NCBI GenBank assembly: GCA_043800705.1
Contig: JAZDMS010000009.1
Location: 1 to 35,785 of the forward strand
Length of the DNA: 35,785 bases
Direction of reading: 5' to 3'
From: Candidatus Altiarchaeota archaeon
Lineage (GTDB): Archaea; Altiarchaeota; Altiarchaeia; IMC4; SCGC-AAA252-I15
Below are positions 16,940-26,442 of this stretch, piece after piece. Numbering within the stretch: the first letter of the stretch is position 1; each line of letters opens with the position of its first letter. A program made the position numbers and the translations under genes. The notes beneath the pieces were generated by a model that saw only the letters and a list, made by a program, of their open reading frames with translations, had not been told where the DNA came from and did not search any database.

Positions 16940-17170
16940 GTGTGAAGATCATCGGCTGTCGTTCGATCCGTTGGCAGGTTGTTTAGTCCTGGCATGATCT
17001 CTCATTGTGTGAAGATCATCGGCTGTCGTTCGATCCGTTGGCAGGTTGTATAGTCCTGACATGATCCACCATTGTGCGAAGATCATCGGCTGTCGTTCGA
17101 TCCGTTGGCAGGTTGTATAGTCCTGGCATGATCCACCATTGTGCGAAGATCATCGGCTGTCGTTCGATCC
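16940..17170. repeat. 67-bp tandem repeat, 3 full copies plus a partial 4th
   Basis: GAAGATCATCGGCTGTCGTTCGATCC starts at 16944, 17011, 17078 and 17145. Units are near-identical with no unique spacers. Confidence 0.95.
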
Positions 17171-17653
17171 CGCCATTCTGGTGTCGTGTTCGCCGAATAT
17201 CCTCTCCATCCTCTCCTCCTTCGTAGGCTTCCTTGTCATGAGGCTGTCTCCGCCGGCATTTGTCAGGCGTAGCGCGACCCTATTGCAGTCGTAGATGCTC
17301 AGGAAATACAGGATCGACACCGCCAGGAATATGGCATAGGCGGCATACTGTAAGGGCATCAGCGAGTAATTGACGACTGTCTCGGTAGGGAATATAAGCA
17401 TCTCCAATCCCACGACCAATAAGGCGCCGGCCACAAAGACGGCTGTTGACAGAAAGGCCTTCTTTTTATCTCCCAGATAGACATACCCAGCGCCCACGTA
17501 TCCGAAAACGATCTGCAGAAGGACCGCATACAACCGGTTCCCCCCGCCCCGACGGACCCTCTTAGGCCCGACGATATCCTTCGCTATGCAGTCGTATTCC
17601 GAAGACCTCTTTACGGGAGTGGTCCCGTCGTCGCTCATTCCAGGAAGGCTCAT
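17150..17653 (-). CDS. Hypothetical membrane protein (TM2-like motif)
   Basis: AVLLQIVFGYVGAGYVYLGDKKKAF followed by two more TM helices. Confidence 0.75.
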   Translation of the reverse strand: MSLPGMSDDGTTPVKRSSEYDCIAKDIVGPKRVRRGGGNRLYAVLLQIVFGYVGAGYVYLGDKKKAFLSTAVFVAGALLVVGLEMLIFPTETVVNYSLMPLQYAAYAIFLAVSILYFLSIYDCNRVALRLTNAGGDSLMTRKPTKEERMERIFGEHDTRMAGSNDSR

Positions 17654-17696
17654 GACAATCCTCGTGTCTTCCCTATTATGCGGGCGTGTTTAAATC

Positions 17697-18899
17697 CTAA
17701 CCTAGACCTAGATAATAGGAGATCGTCGGGACTAGGAGTACGCCCATCAGGTGGGTTCTGCTGACCCCTGAGAGGATGGGCAGAAGGCCGACTGCCGTGC
17801 ATACGAGCGCGACGAGGATTCCGAACAGGCCCGTGAATGCATAGACCAGCGCCAGGACGAACATGATGACGCCCGCTGACATCAGTCGGTGGTCCACCAT
17901 CCCGTAAAAAACCGAAGCCCTCCTGCCGATCTCCATGTGCAGGTGGGCGGCGAAGAATGCGACAAGACAGAAGACGCCGACGAATAGCGTGAGCGTATCC
18001 GCGTCCAGTTCAAGCATCCTCCCGAGCATCACCGACATCCCGCTCCTGCCGTTGCCGATGATGTAAAGCGCGGCAAGGGAATACAATGAATCCGATGCCT
18101 GGATGGCGGCGACTGAAACCAGGAACCCCCTCTGGCTCGCGCCGAACACCCCGCTCATCAGTATCCCCACCTGTGACGGGCTCATCGCCGGCAGCAATCC
18201 GACTACAGCCCCGCCGACCGCCCCAAGTAGACCGCCGCCGACGATTTCGGCATCGACTTTCGTCGTGGAATATCTCTCCTGCGGTATGTTCGCCTCGGAC
18301 ACCATAAGCGAATATACGAGGCCGCTCACGCCGAACAGGCCGGAAAAAACCGGGAACAGGACATACGTTGCCGACATCCCCTCGATCCCCAAAGTCAGGA
18401 CGCCGACGCAGCCTGAGAGGAGGAAAATGACGGCTGCCCACATCTTTCCCCCTCCCCTCTCACGTAGGATCAGAATCAATGACGCGGCTCCGATGACATA
18501 GACGACGAACTCGCGCAGCTGCCGATAGAACATCGGCACGATTATTATCATCGGGACAAGAAGCGTAAGCCCAAAGACAAGGCCGATGAGGCATCCGTAG
18601 CATGTCAGCTTGACAGCATCCAATCCCCTTCCGGCAAGCACGAGCCGATGGGCGGGGAGTATGCTCAAGGCTGTGCCTTCGTCCGGCACGCCGAGGAATA
18701 TGCCTGGGATGAAATCCAGGAAGGTGTGGGTCACGCTGACCCCGACCATGAAGACTCCGAACCCGACCACGTCCAAGCCGAACCTCGAATATAAGCCCAG
18801 TCCGATGAGACAGACCGTATTCACATGGAGCCCCGGAGTCAGCCCGGTGACTACTCCGACCGCGCAGCCTGCCAACGCATAGACCAAATATTCAAGCAC
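17697..18899 (-). CDS. TctA/DUF112-family membrane protein (archaeal type)
   Basis: GVVTGLTPGLHVN, HTFLDFIPGIFLGVPD, LPAHRLVLAGRG, FSGLFG, VSRTHLMG. Start placed at GTG 18899; the ORF is open to 18962. Confidence 0.9.
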   Translation of the reverse strand: MLEYLVYALAGCAVGVVTGLTPGLHVNTVCLIGLGLYSRFGLDVVGFGVFMVGVSVTHTFLDFIPGIFLGVPDEGTALSILPAHRLVLAGRGLDAVKLTCYGCLIGLVFGLTLLVPMIIIVPMFYRQLREFVVYVIGAASLILILRERGGGKMWAAVIFLLSGCVGVLTLGIEGMSATYVLFPVFSGLFGVSGLVYSLMVSEANIPQERYSTTKVDAEIVGGGLLGAVGGAVVGLLPAMSPSQVGILMSGVFGASQRGFLVSVAAIQASDSLYSLAALYIIGNGRSGMSVMLGRMLELDADTLTLFVGVFCLVAFFAAHLHMEIGRRASVFYGMVDHRLMSAGVIMFVLALVYAFTGLFGILVALVCTAVGLLPILSGVSRTHLMGVLLVPTISYYLGLG

Positions 18900-19063
18900 A
18901 ATAGGAAGCCGAAGCCAAACCCTATAAATCGGTATAGTGCACAATAGTACTACAATCTTCACATGCTTTCATCGCAGACATGACCCCCTATTGCTCCTAC
19001 CACTGAGCCTGATGCTTTTCTTCTACTGCGACCATACTGTAACCCCACCTGGGTGATTTTTCC

Positions 19064-19369
19064 ATGGAAGATGAAAAGCGTAAAAGGGAAATGATTAAGC
19101 GCCTCGGCAGGATGGAAGAGATGCTGTCAGCAGGCGAGAGGAAAAAGATAAAGCAGGTCGCCAAGGAGAAGCAGGACGCAGATGAGGTGGAAACGGCCAA
19201 GTCGAAGAAGACGATGTACGAAGTCGGCACGACATCCTATGAGATAACCCAGCGGCTTAAGCGGATGGAGGAACTGGAGGCTCTAGGCAGATCCAGCCAG
19301 AGCAGACAGGCAAAAAAGGACCTATGGGCCAAACTGTCAGATCAGGCAAAGAAGAGATATAGCCAATAA
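19064..19369 (+). CDS. Hypothetical highly charged helical protein
   Basis: K/E/R-rich 101-aa ORF with SD GGGTGA upstream; weak internal repeat RLGRMEE / RLKRMEE. Confidence 0.75.
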   Translation: MEDEKRKREMIKRLGRMEEMLSAGERKKIKQVAKEKQDADEVETAKSKKTMYEVGTTSYEITQRLKRMEELEALGRSSQSRQAKKDLWAKLSDQAKKRYSQ

Positions 19370-19537
19370 CGTTGATTACCTGTTGATTCTCTAATTTTCC
19401 ATATTTTTTTTTATTTAATCGCTTCAGGGTCCCATCTCCCACCAATTACTACCTCTAGTATCAATATAATTAAATATCTAAATCTTTAGTTATTTAGATA
19501 ACTAAAAACTTACATACATCAATCAATCAATCATTGT

Positions 19538-20152
19538 TTAATTTATTAGTTGTTTGATTATTGCATGGAACTCATCTTCTTCCATGTCCGGCCTGTTCCT
19601 AACATAGTACCCATTTCCTATCCTCGTAAACCTGCAGCCGAAGCTGAAATAGGGTACGGTGGTGCTTTTTCCGTCGCGGAAAACATCCACTTCGCTTTCA
19701 GGGATCCCGGATTCGTTACATTCCGTCAGGGTGTCGTCATCCTTGTCGAATATCCAATGATATGCGACTATGCTTCCCGCATCGACGTAATCCCTCGCCA
19801 ACTTGTCGAATATCGGCCCGCTCCAGTTGCAGTGTTCGCAGTCGGAGCGGCCGTACATCCTGATCACAGGCTTCCCGTCTATCCTACAGATCGGACGATG
19901 TGTATCCTGAAATGTCATAATCAGCGGATCCAATGTCGTGGACGTGGTCAAATAAGGTCCAATATCCGGGATCATAGCCGAAGAAGCGAGTGTAGCCGTA
20001 GTCGTCGACGGAACCGCATATGCGAACTCGTCGCCTGTCGTGGTCGTGGGCTCGGGAAACGATGTCGTCGTGGTCGTCTCCAAGCCGGCGTCGGGGCCCT
20101 GAACGCACCCGCAGACTAACAGGACGACGATGAGCGCCCAAAAAAATCTCAT
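19538..20152 (-). CDS. Thioredoxin-fold secreted or lipid-anchored protein with Thr-rich linker
   Basis: Signal ending LLVCGC (lipobox-like), TTTTT linkers, CEHC motif and a cis-Pro-type TVP. Confidence 0.8.
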   Translation of the reverse strand: MRFFWALIVVLLVCGCVQGPDAGLETTTTTSFPEPTTTTGDEFAYAVPSTTTATLASSAMIPDIGPYLTTSTTLDPLIMTFQDTHRPICRIDGKPVIRMYGRSDCEHCNWSGPIFDKLARDYVDAGSIVAYHWIFDKDDDTLTECNESGIPESEVDVFRDGKSTTVPYFSFGCRFTRIGNGYYVRNRPDMEEDEFHAIIKQLIN

Positions 20153-20256
20153 ACGAAACAAACGTTTTTCAACCATATAAATCCTCGGGCTCCCCGGGCA
20201 GCATCCCCCATTTTTTACCTTTGCGGAACAATACCTATCGGTCCAAACGTATTGAG

Positions 20257-22449
20257 ATGAAAGTCCAAAAGAGCAACAAGCAGCTGGTGAGCTTTAACCG
20301 CAACAAGATCATACAGACATGCATGTCCGCGGGGTCGACGTTGAAGCTAGCGTCCCAGATAGCCTCCGAAGTCAAGGGCGAAGGATACGGTGGCATGACG
20401 ACCGACGAGATACGGATGCGCGTCTACATAAAGCTCAAGAAGATCAACCCCGACATGGCGGAACAGTACGTCTACCGCTCCAACATGAAGGTCCGGACGT
20501 CTGCGACCGTCGTCGAACCCTTCCTGTCATCGAAGATCGTGGACTCCCTAGTGAACGAGACATTCGTCGATAGGTCCTTCGCCGAAGCAGTGGCTAAGGA
20601 GGTGGAGAAGGAGCTTGGCAGGATGCGGCTTAACTACGTCACCGCCCCGCTGATTAGGGAGATAGTCAACGTCAAATTGCTAGAACATGGAATGGAGTCC
20701 GTGAGGGCGAGGTATACGCGTCTTGGGATGCCGGTCTACGACGTGAAGAAACTTCTGGAGGAGGGTTCAAAGGACATTGCCCAGTACAGCCCGGAGGCGG
20801 TTCACAGGGTGATGAGCGACCAGATCGCGCGCGAATACGCGCTAATAAACATTCTGCCTGTGGACATAGCCGACGCCCACATGTCCGGCCAGATACACAT
20901 ACATGACATCAGCCATTTCTCTCTGAGGCCGACGACCTTCTCCCACGACCTTAGGTTCTTTCTGAGGCGGGGGCTGACGGTCGACGGAAGCGGGGAATAC
21001 ACGGCGACCGCCGGCCCGGCGAAGCATCCGCAGTCCGCCTTCATGCACGCGCTCAAGGTCATGGTGGCCGGGCAGACGGAATGCTCCAGGGAGCAGTATA
21101 TCGAGGACTTCAACGTCCTTCTTGCGCCGTACGTCGTCGGCCTGGGCTACAACGAGGTCAAGCAGCTAGTCCAGACTCTGTTCTACGAGGTCTCCCAGAC
21201 ATCCGTTGGCAAAGGGGGGCAGGCCATATATGCGGCCCTCGTCTGCGACACGTCCGTTCCGAAGTACTTGACGGACATGGACGCGGTGCAGCCCGGCGGA
21301 AAGGTCCAGAAGGGTGTGTGCTACTCGGACTACTCGGGGGAGGCTCAGATGATATTGGATGCGATGCTCGACGTCAGCCTCGACGGCGACTTCCTGCGCA
21401 AGCCCTTCATCTACCCGAAACTTCTCCTGAACGTCATACGCATGCCGTCGGACGGGATGATGCAGAAGATATCAGACCTTTCCATCAGCTTCGGGGCGCC
21501 GTATTTCCTGAACACCGGCAAACACATGCACGGGCACCGGCGCGGATCGATACAGCATGTGACCATCAACCTCCCCCAGGTCAGCTACAAGAAGGGGGGC
21601 AACCTATTCGAAACCCTTGATAATAGGATGAAGAATGCCTTCGAAGTCCTGCTATTGAAGAAGACGGTGATGGAGAAGAACCTGGAGAGGAATCTCCTCC
21701 CGTTCCTAAAGCAGAAGGCCGCGGGCCTCAGGTACTACAGCCCCGAAAAACAGGGCTACACGATATCATACAGCGGCCTGAACGAGTTGGCTCTGTTGGA
21801 GACGGGGTATGATCTTCGCTCAAAATCCGGGGCGAGGTTCGGCAAGAAGGTTTTGAAGTCGATGATGAAGACGGTCGAGGGCTTCAGGCGGGAGAGCGAC
21901 CTGGATTTCATCCTCTCCGGGACCCCGAAGGGGATATGTTACGCAACGTTCGCGGCCCTCGACGCCGCGAGGTTCGGGGACAGGGCCAAGGTGAACGGGG
22001 GAGGCAGCCCCTACTACAGTAAGACCCATTATGTGAATGGAAAGAACCTCTCCGAGAAGCTCAGGATCGAGGGGCGGTTCAACAGGATTCTCAACGGAAG
22101 GACCCTGACTCACATCAGGCTCTCCGAGAGGGTGCAGGACGACGGCGACCTGTCCGGGCTGATATGGAAGCTCCTTGAGCGCAAAGACGTCGGATATTTC
22201 ACGTTCTCTCGCGCCCTCACCGTCTGCGGAAGGTGCGGCCACGTCCAGACGACCATCGCAGGAAAATGCGGGAAGTGCAGAAGCCGCCAAGTCAGCGTCT
22301 GGAGCCGGGACACCGGCCACCTGCAGAACATACGGACCTGGAGCCCGGCCAGGCGGCAGGCGTTCGTCGACGAATACAGGTACGACGCGAAAGGAAGAGG
22401 CCTGAGACTGTCCGCCAAGCAGGCCAACCTTATAAAAAACTACGGCTGA
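20257..22449 (+). CDS. nrdD: Anaerobic (class III) ribonucleotide reductase homologue with two ATP cones; catalytic residues appear degenerate
   Basis: Two ATP cones, TAPLIREIVNVKLLEHG, YTRLGMPVYDV, ADAHMSGQIHIHD, KPFIYPK, TINLP, CxxC..CxxC and SRDTGHL at the glycyl-radical loop position. Confidence 0.85.
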   Translation: MKVQKSNKQLVSFNRNKIIQTCMSAGSTLKLASQIASEVKGEGYGGMTTDEIRMRVYIKLKKINPDMAEQYVYRSNMKVRTSATVVEPFLSSKIVDSLVNETFVDRSFAEAVAKEVEKELGRMRLNYVTAPLIREIVNVKLLEHGMESVRARYTRLGMPVYDVKKLLEEGSKDIAQYSPEAVHRVMSDQIAREYALINILPVDIADAHMSGQIHIHDISHFSLRPTTFSHDLRFFLRRGLTVDGSGEYTATAGPAKHPQSAFMHALKVMVAGQTECSREQYIEDFNVLLAPYVVGLGYNEVKQLVQTLFYEVSQTSVGKGGQAIYAALVCDTSVPKYLTDMDAVQPGGKVQKGVCYSDYSGEAQMILDAMLDVSLDGDFLRKPFIYPKLLLNVIRMPSDGMMQKISDLSISFGAPYFLNTGKHMHGHRRGSIQHVTINLPQVSYKKGGNLFETLDNRMKNAFEVLLLKKTVMEKNLERNLLPFLKQKAAGLRYYSPEKQGYTISYSGLNELALLETGYDLRSKSGARFGKKVLKSMMKTVEGFRRESDLDFILSGTPKGICYATFAALDAARFGDRAKVNGGGSPYYSKTHYVNGKNLSEKLRIEGRFNRILNGRTLTHIRLSERVQDDGDLSGLIWKLLERKDVGYFTFSRALTVCGRCGHVQTTIAGKCGKCRSRQVSVWSRDTGHLQNIRTWSPARRQAFVDEYRYDAKGRGLRLSAKQANLIKNYG

Positions 22450-22487
22450 CGGAGATACTTAATCCCCTGCGCCCTAGGGGGTGAACA

Positions 22488-23765
22488 GTGAACACCCAAA
22501 GATACCAGTCCTGGGATAGTCCCCGCTGCCAGATACTGAAGTCGATGGCGAAGGCCAGGCCGATGAGCAGGCAGATGTGCCTCCAATGCAAAGGCGGCCG
22601 TCTATTGTGCGGCCATCGGTCGTGTCCGCTTCTTGCGAAGATAGACCTGCAGAATCCCGTGCAGGAGCGCCTCAAGGAGGAGATGTTCGGGCCTTCCACG
22701 TCGGTGTTCGTCGGCTGGAAGGACTATCCGAGCGTCTACGTCGGGCCGATGACCGCGGTGGACCGGGAAGGGATCGGCGTATTGGACAATCCGGGCGAAT
22801 GGTACGGCCTCGGGTTCGACGACATCGTCGGGATGCGTTCGATGCTTGTGCGCGGCAGGCAGAAGCATCCCGTGGGCGAGCGCAGCCCGTTCGTGTCGAA
22901 GATGCAGGAGCTCGCGCTCTCCGTCAGGCCGGTGGACGTAGAAACTCACTACACGAAACGGCCGCATTTCAGCATGTCGTTCTCCCCCGTGAGCCAGCCG
23001 ATGGGGGCGTCCGGGGAGATAAGGAGCGTCGACATAGTCGACAACCCGGTGATTCCGCGCAAGGTCGACCACGTGGTCAACGACGAACTTCCCGCATCCG
23101 AGCAGATATCCACCCTCTTCGACCGCAGCTTCGACGTCTACTATCTCTCCAACGTCCTGTCATCCGGCGTACTCGGACAGTCGGAATCGAAGCGGATGGT
23201 CCCGACGCGCTGGGGCATAACCGCGGTCGACGACATGCTCGGCCGAAGGCTCATGAAACGGATAAGAGACCACCCGGAGGTGTCGGACTACGAGGTCTAC
23301 TCGAACACGTACCTGGAGAACCACTTCGAGATACTCCTCATCCCCGGGGCGTGGGAGTTCGAGCAGTTCGAGGCATGGAGCCCGAACACCCTCTGGACCA
23401 TGTCATACGATTCCCCTGCCATCGTGGCGGAGCATGAGGCGCACAAGGGCAGATGGGACTACGCCTACAACGAGGGCGGAGGATACTATGCGGGGAGGTT
23501 CGCGGTAGCGGAGGCCTTGGACCGGATGAGAAGGCAGGCGAGGGCAATCGTATTCAGGGAGATCTACGACGGCTACATCATGCCGGTCGGCGTGTGGGAA
23601 GTCAGAGAAAACGTCAGGAAGGCGATGGAGAAGAAGCCTAACAGGTTCGCGACACTGAAGGGGGCGCTCTCGGACGCGGGCTCGAGACTCATCATAAACA
23701 TCCGCAAATACGCGGAAAAATCCCAGATACTCAGGCAAAGGAGGATAACGGACTACCTGAGATGA
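22488..23765 (+). CDS. nreA: Nre family archaeal DNA repair protein (DUF650/DUF651) with C-terminal PIP box
   Basis: CLQCKGGRLLCG..CP, VFVG..YPSV.VGP, MVPTRWGITAVD, GGYYAGR, PVGVWEVRE and PIP box QRRITDY. Confidence 0.95.
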   Translation: MNTQRYQSWDSPRCQILKSMAKARPMSRQMCLQCKGGRLLCGHRSCPLLAKIDLQNPVQERLKEEMFGPSTSVFVGWKDYPSVYVGPMTAVDREGIGVLDNPGEWYGLGFDDIVGMRSMLVRGRQKHPVGERSPFVSKMQELALSVRPVDVETHYTKRPHFSMSFSPVSQPMGASGEIRSVDIVDNPVIPRKVDHVVNDELPASEQISTLFDRSFDVYYLSNVLSSGVLGQSESKRMVPTRWGITAVDDMLGRRLMKRIRDHPEVSDYEVYSNTYLENHFEILLIPGAWEFEQFEAWSPNTLWTMSYDSPAIVAEHEAHKGRWDYAYNEGGGYYAGRFAVAEALDRMRRQARAIVFREIYDGYIMPVGVWEVRENVRKAMEKKPNRFATLKGALSDAGSRLIINIRKYAEKSQILRQRRITDYLR

Positions 23766-23840
23766 TATCCGGAATCGGCGCATCGGACGGTCTGCAATGC
23801 CGTGTACCCGCATATTAGGTTGTCCTTCCAGTTGGTGTAT

Positions 23841-26333
23841 ATGCCCGCGCTAAGGGAGAATAAAGGCAATCCCCATAAGCCCCTTGAACTTTTTGTCCAT
23901 ATAGACGAGCGCAGGGACGCGCAGTTGGACCGTGCGTTATCGGGTATGGCCCCTCTGGCTTCGCATCCATTTCTTCGAGACCACGTCAAGGACGTCCTGG
24001 GCAGGATAGGCGCATCCGAGCTCGAGAGCCTCGGACGCAACTTGCACGGGCAGGAAGGGACGAGAGGGGTGGGGGTCAGCATCTTGGCATACCTTTCAGA
24101 GAACAGGCATGAGGAGCTTGGCGCAGGCAGGACGCAGGAGCTGAGGTCGCTCCTCGCTGGAGAGGACCATCGACATGTCGAAGAATACGAGCATACCCTC
24201 CATCAGTACCTTGAAATCAGATCTAACGGATTTTTTCTGGATGAGGGGCGGAAAGTCGTGGCCCAGGATGCGACCGAAGAAGTCAAAAAAGGCGGTCTGA
24301 GGATGGATCTCATCCTCGGGGGCGAAGAAGATAAACCAAGCTATTACGTGACCGGAGTCGGTGCCGGTAGCGTCTCGTTTTTCGAGATCGGGCCCGGGGG
24401 GGACAGCGCGAAAATGACGGTCGCGGACTCTGACCGGCTCATGCAGCTTGTTACGGGGGGCGGCTACCGTGCATATCAGGTGACTGACGGGCGGGGCAGG
24501 TATTACACGGATGTTGTCGAAAACAGGCAGAGATTCATGTGGGATCCGCTCGATTCGGAAAGGGATTTGGGGCTGACGAGGGCGGCTGCAGCAGGATTGA
24601 ACCGGGGAGAAAAAGTCAGGGATGCCGCCTTGGATTTGGATCTTATGGGCGAGCGCCTGCTCATAGCCGCAGGGAGGGAGGAATCTAAATATCAGCAACC
24701 GCGGTGCAGGCTGCTTACCGATGTGGAAAAGGACCCGCGCGGTGACGGATATCTCAGGCTGACGAACGTGAGAGTCGCGGAAATTTTAGGGCCGAACGGT
24801 TCCGTGACGCCGATCGGGATCAAGACGCTCCTCGACTCATTGAACGGGGAGACGCTCGTCTGCAGGTCGGCCGAATCCCGTTCCAAACCGGCACTCTTGA
24901 CGCGGGAAATATCCCCCCATCTTCGCGGATACGACATCACGGAAAGGATAGGCTCTGAGGGGTTCTCTCCGGGGATGGTCATCACCGGGTCGGATGAGCG
25001 AATCTCATATGGGGTAGAATATCCGAAGCCGGTCGCATACATCGCCGGCAAAAGCGGGGATACATTCGATGTCCTTGCTTTCGAAGCGGACGGGGTTAAA
25101 CGTTACCGTAACATGAGGGCGGAGGACTTGAAAGCCCTTGTCGAAGCCGGCAGCGGCAGAAGGGTGTATCAGCCCCTTGACATCAACCAGCACACGATGG
25201 AACGCAGCAGGGGCCGGCTCGCCAGGCGGGAAATGACGGAAGAGCTTGTATTGGGGATGGATGACGAAATTCGAAGAAGATTGGATTCCGGGAATACGGT
25301 ACGGCTCAGGCTGAAGGGATTCGTCGACAATTCCGGGGAAATATGTTCGGTGGGGCCTGCAACGAGGCGTTCGGTGTGGGACAACTCCGGATTCGATGCG
25401 TCCGTCGAACTAAAAAAATCGGGTGCCGGAACATATACTGTCTCCAAATTCGAACTGGAGCGGATCACTCACGGGAATATCACCCTAAACCAGGCCATTC
25501 ATTTGGTCGGCTCATTCGAGGATCATCAAGTCTCCGTCCCCGAAAAATATGCGGGCTCATATGTGCCGTCCGCGGCGGAAAAAAATGATTTGGGAACGGA
25601 TTATGAGGGGCGCGCAAGACACTTCAATGTCCGAATGGATGGAGAGACACTATGTTGCCGGAGGCTGAACGCCCAGGAAGTAGACCCAGAATACCTTAAT
25701 CGGTTGAAGGGCATGGAAATCGAAAGGGAGGCAGATTTCGGCCAGGTAAGGTTTCCCAACGCCACTGGCTGGAGGGGCAGATATCTCGGCGGAGGGGAGG
25801 AAAAGGACATATTCCTAGTAGTCGACGATAAAAACCGGGCATTTTCAATGGTTTTCAGGGACCTAGAGTCCGCCAAAATCAACCACCATGGAACAGACGA
25901 CTTCTACTCGATCGGATCCGTCGCAACCACCGTCAAAGTAAAGGGCGAACTCGGAGAAAAGACCGTCATCAGGGGATTCCAGGTCAGGGAATACGAGCAC
26001 GGATACTCGGGGGGCGAGATACCCTTCATAGAGGGGGCCAAAGGCTGGCGGATGCGTTCGCTTAACGCAGTCGCTTCTATTCCTCACCGTCTGGTCGGGA
26101 GTTTCATGGCATACTGGGAGAGGAAGAAGGTCCTAGATTCCCCACACGCCCACTACCGCCCTGAGGAAACCCACTCCGGCAATTTCATGGTCGTCGAATC
26201 AGACCGCCGAGTGGACGAATTCGGCAGAAAGTATCGGATTCCCCTGCCTGTGATAAGGAAAGGGAAAGACGGCAGAAGCGGGCTGACACTCAGATGGTAT
26301 GATACAAGAGCCCTCGAACTGACAGAATACTGA
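23841..26333 (+). CDS. Large hypothetical protein with an internal ~230-aa duplication and a possible degenerate kinase-like C-terminus
   Basis: Uninterrupted ~830-codon ORF (start ATG 23841 or GTG 23802); no family recognised with confidence. Confidence 0.7.
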   Translation: MPALRENKGNPHKPLELFVHIDERRDAQLDRALSGMAPLASHPFLRDHVKDVLGRIGASELESLGRNLHGQEGTRGVGVSILAYLSENRHEELGAGRTQELRSLLAGEDHRHVEEYEHTLHQYLEIRSNGFFLDEGRKVVAQDATEEVKKGGLRMDLILGGEEDKPSYYVTGVGAGSVSFFEIGPGGDSAKMTVADSDRLMQLVTGGGYRAYQVTDGRGRYYTDVVENRQRFMWDPLDSERDLGLTRAAAAGLNRGEKVRDAALDLDLMGERLLIAAGREESKYQQPRCRLLTDVEKDPRGDGYLRLTNVRVAEILGPNGSVTPIGIKTLLDSLNGETLVCRSAESRSKPALLTREISPHLRGYDITERIGSEGFSPGMVITGSDERISYGVEYPKPVAYIAGKSGDTFDVLAFEADGVKRYRNMRAEDLKALVEAGSGRRVYQPLDINQHTMERSRGRLARREMTEELVLGMDDEIRRRLDSGNTVRLRLKGFVDNSGEICSVGPATRRSVWDNSGFDASVELKKSGAGTYTVSKFELERITHGNITLNQAIHLVGSFEDHQVSVPEKYAGSYVPSAAEKNDLGTDYEGRARHFNVRMDGETLCCRRLNAQEVDPEYLNRLKGMEIEREADFGQVRFPNATGWRGRYLGGGEEKDIFLVVDDKNRAFSMVFRDLESAKINHHGTDDFYSIGSVATTVKVKGELGEKTVIRGFQVREYEHGYSGGEIPFIEGAKGWRMRSLNAVASIPHRLVGSFMAYWERKKVLDSPHAHYRPEETHSGNFMVVESDRRVDEFGRKYRIPLPVIRKGKDGRSGLTLRWYDTRALELTEY

Positions 26334-26381
26334 CGCTGCTTCTGAGGGCCGCTAGCCGGATGCGGCTGACGACATCGGAGG

Positions 26382-26435
26382 AAAATAAGAAAGAAAAAAA
26401 TCCTGTGGGGGAATGATCCCCCACCTCAGTTTTTT
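26382..26435. terminator. Bidirectional terminator-like hairpin between convergent genes
   Basis: GTGGGGGA-ATGA-TCCCCCAC (26405-26424) with an A-run on the left and a T-run on the right. Confidence 0.65.
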
Positions 26436-26442
26436 GTCCCGT

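Noticed and set aside
16940-17170. CRISPR array
   Set aside because: The ~67-bp period is CRISPR-like, but the whole unit repeats with no unique spacers and there are no cas genes.
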